Shown: positions 1-11,949 of the stretch, piece after piece
Numbering within the stretch: the stretch's first letter is position 1
Layout: every line of letters begins with the position of its first letter
Program-made: the position numbers and the translations under genes
The notes under the pieces: generated by a model
Told to the model about the DNA's origin: nothing
The model's input: only the letters and a program-made list of their open reading frames with translations
The model's database searches: none
Assembly (NCBI RefSeq): GCF_964355755.1
Contig: NC_092673.1
Coordinates: 32,423,648-32,487,647, forward strand
Length of the DNA: 64,000 bases
Origin: Antedon mediterranea
Lineage: Eukaryota > Animalia > Echinodermata
Direction: 5' to 3'

Positions 1-877
1 GCCTACTTTAAACTAAACATAATAAGTCAACATTGCAACTCTTACATTTTAGAGTGCCAAATCACATGTTCTAATGGATGTCCACATGAAGGAGATTCCG
101 GGTTTAAAGGCTTTTCAAATATAGTTCAAATGTTAATAACCATACAATAGGCCATTATTGGACATAATGTGTCATTGGACTCTATAGAAACATGTATGTT
201 CTGAATAATTTGACACTAAAAATAATTTCATATGTACAATATTTTCAAAGTTATGCGATTTTATGTAGTTCAAAGGTCAATAATGTTAGAATCGGCCATT
301 TTTTGCAAAAACATGCCATTAGACTAAATATAAATATGTAGTTTTTGAACAGTTTGAGCCATATTGTGTGTCTCTCAGATTAGTGGTTGCTAAGATATGA
401 TAAATCAAGGTCAAAGGTCAATAATGTTAGAATCCGCCATTTTTTGCAAAAACATGCCATTAGACTGGATATAAATGTGTAGTTTCTGAACAATTTAAGC
501 CCTAATTTGTATATCTCCGATTAGTGGTTGCTGAGATATGAGAATTCAAGGTCAAAGGTCAATAATGTTAGAAATAGCACTTCCATTCATTTTTGGACAA
601 ACTTTTTCAATAAAGTGAATATAAAAACATATATTCTAACGATTTTGACACCATAATTAAGTATCTGTGACTAGCGGTTTTCAAGATACAGAGTACGTTA
701 TCAAAAATGGCGGCCATTTTTAATTATGCAAATTAGGCTACTTCCCGTTGTCGAAAAAATGTCCTAACGTTGATAAATATGTTCAGTAGGGTCTAAAGAA
801 CACATTTCATCAAAAAAACCTTTTCTTGCAATTTGTGTGAGAAAAGGGTCATTTTTTAGCTAAATCCCATGGACTAA
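1..877. repeat. Probable end of a non-autonomous DNA element with internal ~140-bp tandem repeats
   Basis: tcaaaggtcaataatgttagaa(tc.gccattttttgcaaaaacatgccattagact) recurs at ~270, ~411 and ~552; the region ends in aaatcccatggactaa. The other end is not in the window. Confidence 0.4.
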
Positions 878-1684
878 TAGTGGTGTCCCCTGAATAGGGG
901 TGTCTCACAGGAGGAGTTCTATTGTATTTATTTACATTCAAATATTGATGAGGAGATCTGTACTACTGAACATCATTTATTCTACTGCTCATCTGTATTC
1001 AGAGTAAATAAACCACCACAACCTTGATAATGTATATAATAATAACAGAGCATCATCATTTTGATATTTTTAATTATTTTTCTTGCCAAGCACAGCCCTG
1101 TTGAATGTGGGTTAGCCCTATTTTGAAATGGTTTATTCCATTGTGAGTTTAATCAATAATTACCTTATTTGTGATTGTAACATACTGTATGTATGTATAA
1201 ATGTTGTATTATATAAGTGTGTTCGACATAATTTTACATTTTATATATTATTTAATGTATTAGATGTTATGATTCCAAGTACTGTGTTTGAGCATGGAGT
1301 AAAGTACTCCATGGTTTGAGTGCCAATGGTGCAAGGGTACGCTACACGCAGGCATAGAAAATAATATGTAAATAATATATGTATATGTATGCTTGAAAGT
1401 CTTTAGGTCACAAATGTTGAGCATTATAGTATGATTTACAAATTAATAATCTGTACAATATAACTAAATGCCCATTACATTTTTCAATTACAAATAATTA
1501 TTGTAATCTGTTTACTGTATACAAAATGGACTGCTTTAAGTTCAGAATACTTATGTTTAAAGAGCATGATATGGTGACATTAATTAGTATTTATGTTGAG
1601 TAAAAAGAGAAAGCTAAATCATGCAAACAAAGTGACTATTCAGTAAAATCCATTAATTTACAGTAATCGGCTGATTATGCGAAA

Positions 1685-1865
1685 GAAGCTGTGGTCACAC
1701 GAACATGTTAAATGTGTATGCATGCTTAAGATGTGTAATTCATACAATCTTGTTCCCCTCTGTATGCATGCTTAAGCTGTGTTCACACAAACTTGTTAAC
1801 TCTGTATGCCTTCTTAAGCTGTGTTCACACGATCTTGTTAACTCTGTATGCATGCTTAAGCTGAT
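1685..1865. repeat. Degenerate ~45-bp tandem repeat
   Basis: aagctgtgttcacac..cttgttaactctgtatgcatgctt repeated about 4 times. Confidence 0.75.
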
Positions 1866-2320
1866 CAGAACGTCCGATGTAAATGCCTGTGTGGTCAGTA
1901 CCTCTTCTGTGTTAATTAACTCTAATATAATGTTAACTCTGATAAGGATCAAAATGTAATTGGTAATTCAGCCCATGCCATCAGGAGTATGCTGTATGAA
2001 CCGATGTTTTTTTTGTGGTACTACAGTATAGATAAAATAAAAGACACAGTTAATTTAATAGTTTAAGGGTGGTATGGCCGCCCTTTTTGTCATACAAGTA
2101 AGTTGATGGTGGAAGTAGAGCACAACATTTTGTTAGCTTTTGAAAAGCTAGAAATTTAAGGCAGTAACGTATTGTACAGTAAAAATAGTTGAATTGTAAC
2201 AATGTGGTCAGGATTGTGTTCGTTGATTTGTGGCCGTCTATAAGATATACAGTACCAGGTTTTTGTTTTGTCATAGCCAAAAACTATGTGATTTCACTTT
2301 TAAAAACCCCATTTCATTTC

Positions 2321-2461
2321 CAAAGCTGTGCTACTCTATCATCTTTATGTGACGAAAAAATTTCATGTGACCATATATGGACATGACGATGTCATATCAC
2401 TACCATATTTGGGCACTTTTGGCAAACTAGTTTGATAGTGTAGAGTATAGACGGAGCTTTA
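2321..2461. mobile_element. Short MITE, family A (aagctctgtctacactatcaaac ... gtttgatagtgtagacagagctt)
   Basis: Degenerate TIRs plus the core gatgtcatatcactaccatatttggg. Further copies at ~2744-2898, 25748-25895, 35901-36025, 50417-50517 and a split copy at 16842-22287. Confidence 0.7.
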
Positions 2462-2743
2462 CAGGATCTTGTCAAAATGATTCTACTGTAGTTCAGTAAC
2501 TACCTTTTACTTCAGTACTTCATGATCACCCATAACAGATTTCTAACCAGAATAAAATTCAGTTACTGCAGCAACTACAATTGTTGTCCCTACAATACCA
2601 TGACAGTGTATTTAAAGTAATTTATTGTAGTTGTTATATAATAAATACATAAGTGTCTTTGTTTTTAAAAAGTGCAATTTAGTAAATTCTCTGAAGCAAT
2701 AAAGTAATGAAAAAAATATTTTTAAAAACCCAATAGAGTTGAA

Positions 2744-2898
2744 TAAAGCTCTATCTACATTACCAAAAAAAGTGTGATGTGCCTAAATATAGTAGTGATA
2801 TGCCCAAATATAATAGTGATATGACCTGATCATCATGTCTATATATGGGCACATCACATTTTTTTTTGTTACAGTTTGAGAGTGCAGACAGAGCTTTA
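2744..2898. mobile_element. Short MITE, family A
   Basis: taaagctctatctaca ... tgcagacagagcttta termini with the same core. Confidence 0.75.
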
Positions 2899-2937
2899 TA
2901 TATTCTTTTAAAAAAAAAATTTTAGCACTATGTCTGG

Positions 2938-3057
2938 TTTTTAGTCGCGTGCAACGCGACTCTACAGCTCACTATGTCAGTCGGTTGGTTGGTCGGTCGG
3001 TTGGTAGGTAAACACTAACTTGAGCACGCGACTGCAGCCATGTATATGGCCTTGTTA
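2938..3057 (+). mobile_element. Helentron-associated (HINE/DINE-like) short element
   Basis: T-run, inverted repeat agtcgcg..cgcgact, (gttg/gtcg) microsatellite, 3' cacgcgact then gccat.tatggc stem-loop. Copies at ~24001-24119 (-) and ~30688-30787 (+). Confidence 0.6.
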
Positions 3058-3769
3058 AATTCCAGAAGGAAAAGAAAGATGTTCGCTGAAAAAAGAAATG
3101 ATAGCGCGAAGACTGGACTGGCAAGTCTAATTAAACTAATCTAAAACTAGCTTGTATTTGTTTTCAAATGTAATTCCATGGGTTTATGATGCGTATTAAC
3201 CTAGATTAAATTAGTATTAAATTATATAGAAATACTGTAGGCTATTGTATTACTCGGATGTTATAAAAGTTTACGTGATATATTAATTACGTTATCCCAA
3301 TGTTTTACTAGATGATCACATGCGGGCGTTTTATTATTAAGAATTGTTAGTGGGAAAGAAGCATAATGTTTACATGTAGCCTTATTGGTAACAAGTGGTC
3401 AACATTTGGGCCTTTTTTGGATTTTTCCGAAAAAAATGACCAAATAATAGTGAGGTAATATGTGCAGACCACATTATGTGCTTCTGCGCATGCCAATTTT
3501 TGAAAAAAATTAATGGGTGAAAATTGTTTCATATTTCGAAAATTTCCCTGTAACTTTAGTGTAGGCCTACATGGATTTTCCCCAAAAAATGACCAAATAT
3601 GGACAGCTTAACATATTGATGGATTTTTTTTCGAAAAATTGCCAAAATATCCACTTTTTAAAATTCAATAATTATGCGATAATATTGCCATATACTGTAT
3701 GCACATATATTGTGTTTTCATCATCTTATAGAGCAATAGTAACTAGTTAAGTCAACAAATAAAAGGATC

Positions 3770-6700
3770 GAAATTTACCACTTTTTTGAAAATTTCCCTA
3801 TACTATAGCACATAGATTTTTTCAAAAAATGGCAAATTTTCGACCTTTTTATTTTTCGATAAAACTGTTACTATGTCAAAAGTGATTACCCAATTGACAT
3901 GCGGAGAACCCATTATTTGACTCTGCGCATGTTTATTATGCTATAGTAACCATTTATGTCAAAAGTGGTTACACAATTGACATGCGCAGAACCCATTATT
4001 TGGCTCTGCGCATGTTTATTATGCTATAGTAGCCATTTATGTCAAAAAATAAAAGGGTCGAAAATCGGCCATTTTTCGACAATTTCCCTGTAGCCTACTA
4101 TAGTACAGGGATTTTTTACAAAAAATTGCTAATTTTCGACCTTTTTACTTTTCGATCAAACTGGTTACTATAGCAAAATTGACATGCGCAGAAGCCATTA
4201 TTTGACTCTGCGCATATTTATTATGCTTTAGTAACCATTTATGTTAAAAGTGGTTACTATAGCACAATTGACATGCGCAGAACCCATTATTCGGTTCTGC
4301 GCATGTTTATTATGCTATAGTAGCCATTTATGTCAAAAAATAAAAGGGTCGAAAGTCGGCCATTTTTCGACAATTTCCCTGTACTATAGTTCATGGATTT
4401 TTTCCATAAAATGGCTAATTTTCGACCTTTTTACTTTTCGATAAAACTGGTTACTATAGCACAATTGACATGCGCAAAACCCATTATTTGACTCTGCGCA
4501 TGTTTATTATGCTATAGTAACCATTTATGTTAAAAGTGGTTACTATAGCACAATTGACATGCGCAGAACCCATTATTCGGCTCTGCGCATGTTTATTATG
4601 CTATAGTAGCCATTTATGTCAAAAAATAAAAGGGTTGAAAATCGGCCAATTTCTCTGTACTATAGTTCAGGGATTTTTTCCATAAAATGGCAAATTTTCG
4701 ACCTTTTTACTCGATAAAACTGGTTACTATAGCACAATTCACATGCGCAGAACCCATTATTTGACTCTGCGCATGTTTATTATGCTATAGTAACCAATTA
4801 TGTCAAAAGTGGTTACTATAGCACAATTGACATGCGCAGAAGCCATTATTCGGCTCTGCGCATGTTTATTATGCAGTAGTAACCATTTATGTCAAAAAAT
4901 AAAAGGGTCGAAAATCAGCCATTTTTCGAAAATTTCCCTGTACTAGTACAGGGATTTTTTTTCCAAAAAATAGCTAATTTTCGACCTTTTTACCTTTCGA
5001 TAAAACTGGTTACTATAGCACAATTGACATGCGCAGAACCCATTTTTTGACTCTGCGCATGTTTATTATGCTATAGTAACCATTTACAGTATGTCAAAAG
5101 TGGTTACTATAGCACAATTGACATGCGCAGAACACATTATTCGACTCTGCGCATGTTTATTATGCTATAGTAACCATTTATGTCAACAAATAAAAGGGTC
5201 GAAAATCGGCCTTTTTTCGAAAATTTTCCTGTACTATATATAGTACAGGAATTTTCGACCTTTTTACCTTTCGATAAAACTGGTTACTATAGCACAATTG
5301 ACATGCGCAGAACCCATTTTTTGACTCTGCGCATGTTTATTATGCTATAGTAACCATTTACAGTATGTCAAAAGTGGTTACTATAGCACAATTGACATGC
5401 GCAGAACCCATTTTTTGACTCTGCGCATGTTTATTATGCTATAGTAACCATTTACAGTATGTCAAAAGTGGTTACTATAGCACAATTGACATGCGCAGAA
5501 CCCATTATTCGACTCTGCGCATGTTTATTATGCTATAGTAACCATTTATGTCAACAAATAAAAGGGTCGAAAATCGGCCTTTTTTCGAAAATTTTCTTGT
5601 ACTATAGTACAGGAATTTTCGACCTTTTTACTTTTCGATAAAACTGGTTACTATAGCACAATTCACATGCGCAGAACCCATTATTTAACTCTGCGCATGT
5701 TTATTATGCTATATTAACCATTTATGTTAAAAGTGGTTACTATAGCACAATTGACATGCGCAGAAGCCATTATTCGGCTCTGCGCATGTTTATTATGCTG
5801 TAGTAACCATTTATGTCAAAAAATAAAAGGGTCGAAAATCAGCCATTTTTCGAAAATTTTCCTGTACTAGTACAAGGATTTTTTTTCCAAAAAATAGCTA
5901 ATTTTCGACCTTTTTACCTTTCGATAAAACTGGTTACTATAGCACAATTGACATGCGCAGAACCCATTTTTTATTTCTGCGCATGTTTATTATGCTATAG
6001 TAACCATTTATGTCAACAAATAAAAGGGTCGAAAATCGGCCTTTTTTCGAAAATTTTCCTGTACTATAGTACAGGAATTTTCGACCTTTTTACTTTTCGA
6101 TAAAACTGGTTACTATAGCAAAATTGACATGCGCAGAACTCATTAATCGACTCTGCGCATGTTTATTATGCTTTAGTAACCATTTATGTTAAAAGTGGTT
6201 ACTATAGCACAATTGACATGCGCAGAAGCCATTATTCGGCTCTGCGCATATTTATTATGCTGTAGTAACCATTTATGTCAAAAAATAAAAGGGTCGAAAA
6301 TCAGCCATTTTTCGAAAATTTCCCTGTACTAGTACAAGGATTTTTTTTCCAAAAAATAGCTAATTTTCGACCTCTTTACCTTTCGATAAAACTGGTTACT
6401 ATAGCACAATTGACATGCGCAGAACCCATTTTTCGACTCTGCGCATGTTTATTATGCTATAGTAACCATTTACAGTATGTCAAAAGTGGTTACTATAGCA
6501 CAATTGACATGCGCAGAACACATTATTCGACTCTGCGCATGTTTATTATGCTATAGTAACCATTTATGTCAACAAATAAAAGGGTCGAAAATCGGCCTTT
6601 TTTCGAAAATTTTCCTGTACTATAGTACAGGAATTTTCGACCTTTTTACTTTTCGATAAAACTGGTTACTATAGCAAAATTGACATGCGCAGAACTCATT

Positions 6701-7430
6701 ATTCGACTCTGCGCATGTTTGATGCTTAAGTAACCATTTATGTTAAAAGTGGTTACTATAGCACAATTGACATGCGCAGAACCTATTATTCGGTTCTGCG
6801 CATGTTTATTATGCTATAGTAGCCATTTATGTCAAAAAATAAAAGGGTCGAAAATCGGCCTTTTTTCGAAAATTTTCCTGTACTATAGTACAGGAATTTT
6901 CGACCTTTTTACTTTTCGATAAAACTGGTTACTATAGCACAATTCACATGCGCAGAACCCATTATTTGACTCTGCGCATGTTTATTATGCTATAGTAACC
7001 ATTTATGTCAAAAGTGGTTACTATAGCACAATTGACATGCGCAGAAGCCATTATTCGGCTCTGCGCATGTTTATTATGCTATAGTAACCATTTATGTCAA
7101 AAAATAAAAGGGTCGAAAATCAGCCATTTTTCGAAAAATTTCCCTGTACTATAGTACAGGGATTTTTTCAAAAAAATTGCTAATTTTCGACCTTTTTACT
7201 TTTCGATAAAACTGGTTACTATAGAACAATTGACATGCGCAGAAGCCATTATTCGACTCTCCGCATGTTTATTATGCTATAGTAACCATTTATGTCGACA
7301 AAATAAAATGGTAAAAAATCGGTCATTTTTCGACAATTTCCCTGTAATATAGTAGGCCTACAGGGATTTTTTTCGAAAAATTGCCAAATTATCCACTTTT
7401 TAAAATTAAATAATTATGATATAATATTGA
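3770..7430. repeat. Complex satellite of two alternating palindromic modules (A ~90 bp, B ~90-115 bp)
   Basis: A = ggttactatagca..acatgcgcaga-loop-tctgcgcatgt..tgctatagtaacc. B = aaaagggtcgaaaat..cctgtactatagtacagg..attttcgacctttt. Arranged mostly as (AAB)n. Confidence 0.95.
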
Positions 7431-7774
7431 CCAGTTATTTTTATTTCACATCTTGTTTTGGTAATCCCCACGCTGATCTAATTTTAGAAAAACAAAATCC
7501 ATAAATCCGTTAGTTAGAAATCATAATCATTAGAGGAAATGTGATCCTATGACTAATATTGATACAGGTAGTTTTTGAAAAGTCTTATTAACGACTTCCC
7601 ACCCATTGTGTGATACTGGTATCATAAAAAATAAACCCACTTTTCATAGTATTATAGGCTGAGTACGGTATATATAACTAACATTTCAATGGAATTCTCA
7701 CAGTTTACACCCGACTTCCTCCTCATCAGATATATTAGTTGATTGTGATTTTCCTTCTTTCGATTTTGTAGAAA

Positions 7775-8599
7775 ATGGCATCTGAAGAAAAAACAACTCG
7801 TATTATGATGTGGTCAACGCCAAGGTGTGTCTCCACAGCAATAGAACGTTCCATTTTGACTTTGAAAGAAGCCGAAGTCTTTAACGAGATGTACTCGGCA
7901 GCTTTTCACTTCGGACCAAGTTCTTCTCACTTTCCAATGAACTATCTACCGCTATCACCAGGGTTTTCCTACGAATTTGTGAAATCAGAACTTGAAGAAG
8001 AATACCCCGGTAAAAGTGTTTTATTCGGTAAAGACTTTGCATACGCTTTGCGAGGTAACATGAGTTTGCTGCCTAGTGGGTTTATCCATACATTTTTAAT
8101 CCGAAACCCAAGAGAAGTGGTTGTATCAAACGATAGTATAATAAAGAATTCTCTGTTTCTAAACTTGACTGGCTACTCTATGGACAAACAGTTTGATGGC
8201 ATGATATTGTTTAAAGAAATGTGGGATTTGTACGTATACGCTAGAGATACGTTACACCAGAATCCGATTGTGATAGACGCTGATGATTTCCTGAAAGATC
8301 CAGAAGCCATGATGAAGTTGTACTGCGACAAGACAGGGATACCGTTCAGAAAAACAATGCTGACGTGGAGGCCGACTAATGTATGGCGTATAAATTGGCA
8401 CAGCTCGTACGCTTTGAGTCTTGCAGGCTGGCTGCTCGGCTACTATGGAAAATCTTTGACAAGTACGGGATTTCAACAAGTTAAAAAACCTAAACGAAAA
8501 CTAGATTTGAATTCGATAGGTGATAAATCTCTCAAAGCAATTGATGACAACATGAAGTATTACGAATCACTGTACGATAATAGATTAGTACTTCAGTAA
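7775..8599 (+). CDS. Sulfotransferase-like P-loop protein (family of the N-terminal domain of 'BCAT-like protein'), paralog 1
   Basis: 274-aa single-exon ORF with motifs MWSTPRCVST, HTFLIRNP, PIVIDADDF..DPE, PF...ML.W, STGF. A ttttgtag just before the ATG suggests a 5'UTR intron. Confidence 0.85.
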   Translation: MASEEKTTRIMMWSTPRCVSTAIERSILTLKEAEVFNEMYSAAFHFGPSSSHFPMNYLPLSPGFSYEFVKSELEEEYPGKSVLFGKDFAYALRGNMSLLPSGFIHTFLIRNPREVVVSNDSIIKNSLFLNLTGYSMDKQFDGMILFKEMWDLYVYARDTLHQNPIVIDADDFLKDPEAMMKLYCDKTGIPFRKTMLTWRPTNVWRINWHSSYALSLAGWLLGYYGKSLTSTGFQQVKKPKRKLDLNSIGDKSLKAIDDNMKYYESLYDNRLVLQ

Positions 8600-9014
8600 G
8601 AATTATGATAATGTTGATGATGTTTTAATATCTGAACTCTCTGCGAAATACAGTCAGTACTTTTGCGCTTATCGGGCCTAAACGAACGGAAATCCACTTA
8701 GCCAGTAACAATTCCAGTAAAATGTGATAAAATATCAATAAATTTAATCAATTCACCGTACCTCTACAAAATATTTCACACCTGAACTAATGTCACCAAG
8801 ATTGATTTGCTGTACCTCATTTTTAATGTTGTTTTTTAAAAGTTAATGTTCAGGTTCATGAACAGTATTTTGGTTGTTAATTGAAGGCCTTCCTCATACA
8901 GTAGGCCCATATTCCGTGACAAGTAAGAGGAGTGGAGAGGACAAGTAAAAATGCAATTTCCTCTTGTCTAATTAAAAATAACCTTAACGGAGACCTCCGG
9001 TAGGACTATCATTT

Positions 9015-9580
9015 TAAACTTAATACAGGTATCATTCGATATCTACATTTGAAATACTGGTACAGTAACCGATTCAATTTAGTTTCAACTAGGCCTATTA
9101 GTACAAAGTTTACTAAATAGCCACAGATTTACAAATTGCGTCTCGTAATCACCTTAAACTATCATTTTTTAAAGTAATGTATTAATACAGGTATTATTCG
9201 ATATCTACTTTGTTTGAAATACTGGTACAGTTAGCAATTTAATTTAGTTTCAACTCAGCTGTTAGTACAAATAGCCACAGATTTACAACTTGCATCTTGT
9301 AATCATCTTTAATTCTCATTTAAACTAATGCATTAATACAGGTATAACTCGATATCTACATTGTTTGAAATACTGGTACGGTAAGCAACTTAAATTAGTT
9401 TCAGGAAGCAACTTAAATTAGTTCAAACTGTTAGTACACAGCAGATATCGTTACTGCGTTCAATAAACAGACACTGATTCACAACTTGCGTCTGTCTCAA
9501 TAATTCGATATCTACACTGTTTGAAACACGGGTACAGCAACCTAGTTTAACTCTTAGTACATAGCAGATATTGTTACCAA
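9015..9580. repeat. Degenerate ~160-bp tandem repeat (x4) between the two paralogs
   Basis: ttcgatatctaca..ttgaaatactggtacag..ttagtttcaact..tagtaca recurs at ~9035, 9196, 9348 and 9505. Confidence 0.75.
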
Positions 9581-9648
9581 GTTTGGTAGTCAGAGAATCT
9601 CAAGTTGTGTCACTTCCATTTTATTTGCGTCGCCTGAGTTGAGTTAAG

Positions 9649-10461
9649 ATGGCGTCTAAAAGTAACAATCCAGTTCGCGTTATGATGTGGTCCACACCAA
9701 GAAGCCTTTCCACAGCTATCGCACGTTCAATTGTAATGCTTGAAGAAGCGCAAGTGTTTAATGAAATGTATTCTGCAGTGTTCAACTTTAGAAAAGAATC
9801 AAACCAATTTCCCATATCATCAAGCTTTTCCTACGAATGGGCTAAATCAGAACTCGAAAAAGACTACTTAGGAAAACATGTTATATTTGGTAAAGATTTC
9901 GCACATGCCGTACGTGGAAATATGGACTTGCTACCTAGTGGGTTCACGCACACTTTTCTGATCAGAAATCCGAAAAAAGTAGTAACTTCACTTAATCGTG
10001 TAATCAAGAAGTCTTATGTGTTAAGTTTAACGGGTGGATCAATTGGAAAACATTATGATGACATGATACTGTGTAAAGAAATGTGGGATTTGTACGTATA
10101 CGCTAGAGATACGTTACACCAGAATCCGATTGTGATAGACGCTGATGATTTCCTGAAAGATCCAGAAGCCATGATGAAGTTGTACTGCGACAAGACCGCG
10201 ATACCGTTCAGAAAAACAATGCTGAAATGGCAGCCGACTAATATATGGCGTATAAATTGGCGTAGTTCGTATATTTTAACAATGTGCGCTTGGTGGTTCG
10301 GATATTACGGGAATTCTCTTAACAGCACAGGTTTCCAGAAAGCAGACAAACAGACAGAAGATACGGATTTAAGTATGATAGATGAAAAGTCGCTTAAAGC
10401 GATTAATGATAATATGGAGTATTATCATTCGCTCTATGCTAATAGATTAGTTCTTAAGTAA
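9649..10461 (+). CDS. Sulfotransferase-like P-loop protein, paralog 2
   Basis: 270-aa single-exon ORF, colinear with paralog 1 and carrying the same motifs. Confidence 0.85.
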   Translation: MASKSNNPVRVMMWSTPRSLSTAIARSIVMLEEAQVFNEMYSAVFNFRKESNQFPISSSFSYEWAKSELEKDYLGKHVIFGKDFAHAVRGNMDLLPSGFTHTFLIRNPKKVVTSLNRVIKKSYVLSLTGGSIGKHYDDMILCKEMWDLYVYARDTLHQNPIVIDADDFLKDPEAMMKLYCDKTAIPFRKTMLKWQPTNIWRINWRSSYILTMCAWWFGYYGNSLNSTGFQKADKQTEDTDLSMIDEKSLKAINDNMEYYHSLYANRLVLK

Positions 10462-10758
10462 TATTAAGTGTACTCGTTCATGATTTAAAATATTGCTGTA
10501 TGAACACATATATGTAGTATACCCGATTAACACATACATTAAAAATGTTGAATAGATATCTCCAGCGACATCCTCAGCTAGCTTTCGCACGCTAATTTGT
10601 CGCGGTAATGTAAACTCCGTGTAAAACCACCCGATTCCCAGTGCTGTATTTGATAATACAGCATCACATGTAGTGCCTGTATCATGTAATATGGTTAGGT
10701 TAAGTTACTCTAGATACATGTGTGTATTGCCACATATTCCTATGATACTTCGGGAATA

Positions 10759-10843
10759 GATACAGTACCGAGAAGATACAGTACCGAGAAGATACAGTAC
10801 CGAGAAGATACAGTACCGAGAAGATACAGTACCGAGAAGATAC
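10759..10843. repeat. Perfect 16-bp minisatellite (gatacagtaccgagaa)x5
   Basis: Read directly from the sequence. Confidence 0.95.
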
Positions 10844-11949
10844 GAGTATATATGACGCACACGCAGTGAGTGCTGAGTAACACAGATATAATCTTTACAT
10901 CCTTTGAAAGATTACGAGTATGACAAACTTCTTGTTTTCACATGAAAAATCTTATGTTGAATGGTGTACATGTGTGAACCGGGTACCGTAACTAATTATT
11001 TGTTTTAGTTTTACGTGTTGAGCATCCTTATTATTGTTTTTCAAATGTTAATATTCTTCAAAAAATAATAGTGTCTTGTAGACTTTATTTAGTAGATAAG
11101 TTTCGAATATGTATGTCTCATCAGCATTTGTCAATTATGTTATATATTTTAGTTTTACTTATAATAAAAAGAAAGTATATACTCAGTCTTTTTTTAAATA
11201 CAATTTGGAAAATCTCTGATACATGTTTTATCATTTTAAAATACATTTATTATATTCTCATGGAATACGAGTAAATGTTATACAATAGTTTGCTACTTGG
11301 AAATACGAAATATCGGGGACTTTATAAAAGCGCTACTAAACCATAGAGGGCAATATATTGAAAAAGACATAAAAACATAGAGGGCACTATAAAATGGGTT
11401 CCGCGCATGACATATTCTGATGTGTATTCATTAAAATACATCGCCATCACATTAGTTCGCCTTTAGTAACCAAAAAGGGGCAAGTAGTAGAGCCTACAAA
11501 GTATTTTAACTTTTTACTTCCACAACAATAGGGATAGTTGCACCTTTCACTTATACCATTCTGTTGCATTTTATCCATTACGCTCTGGTACATCACATAA
11601 GCAAAAAGTCGTAAGGCTGACCATCTAGATGGAATACAAGCTGCGCTCCTGTTTAAAGTAAAATCTTTAACAGTGATTCAGTTCGCTTTTAACAATACTT
11701 GAAGTGATGTCACCAGTTTTTTTTCCCGCTACCGACCAGTGTGGGACATTCCTGACAAATCAAGCAACGAGATATGCTGAGCCGACACTGACACAATTCA
11801 ATAGTTACAAAGTCTAGCTGTTTTGGTATCACAAATTTGTTACGTTCCAAGACAGACTAAAGTTCATTAGTTGATATAAACCATAATAAAAGTGTGGCAC
11901 TCACGAAAATCTTGAAATAGAGTTTATAGATCGATAAATAAGATAGGCA

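Noticed and set aside
4241-6922. Repeated short ORFs (KVVTIAQLTCAEP...)
   Set aside because: Translation artefacts of the satellite; frames are broken by indels between units.
3890-7300. CRISPR-like array of palindromic repeats
   Set aside because: The intervening sequences are themselves repeated rather than unique spacers, there are no cas genes, and the context is eukaryotic.
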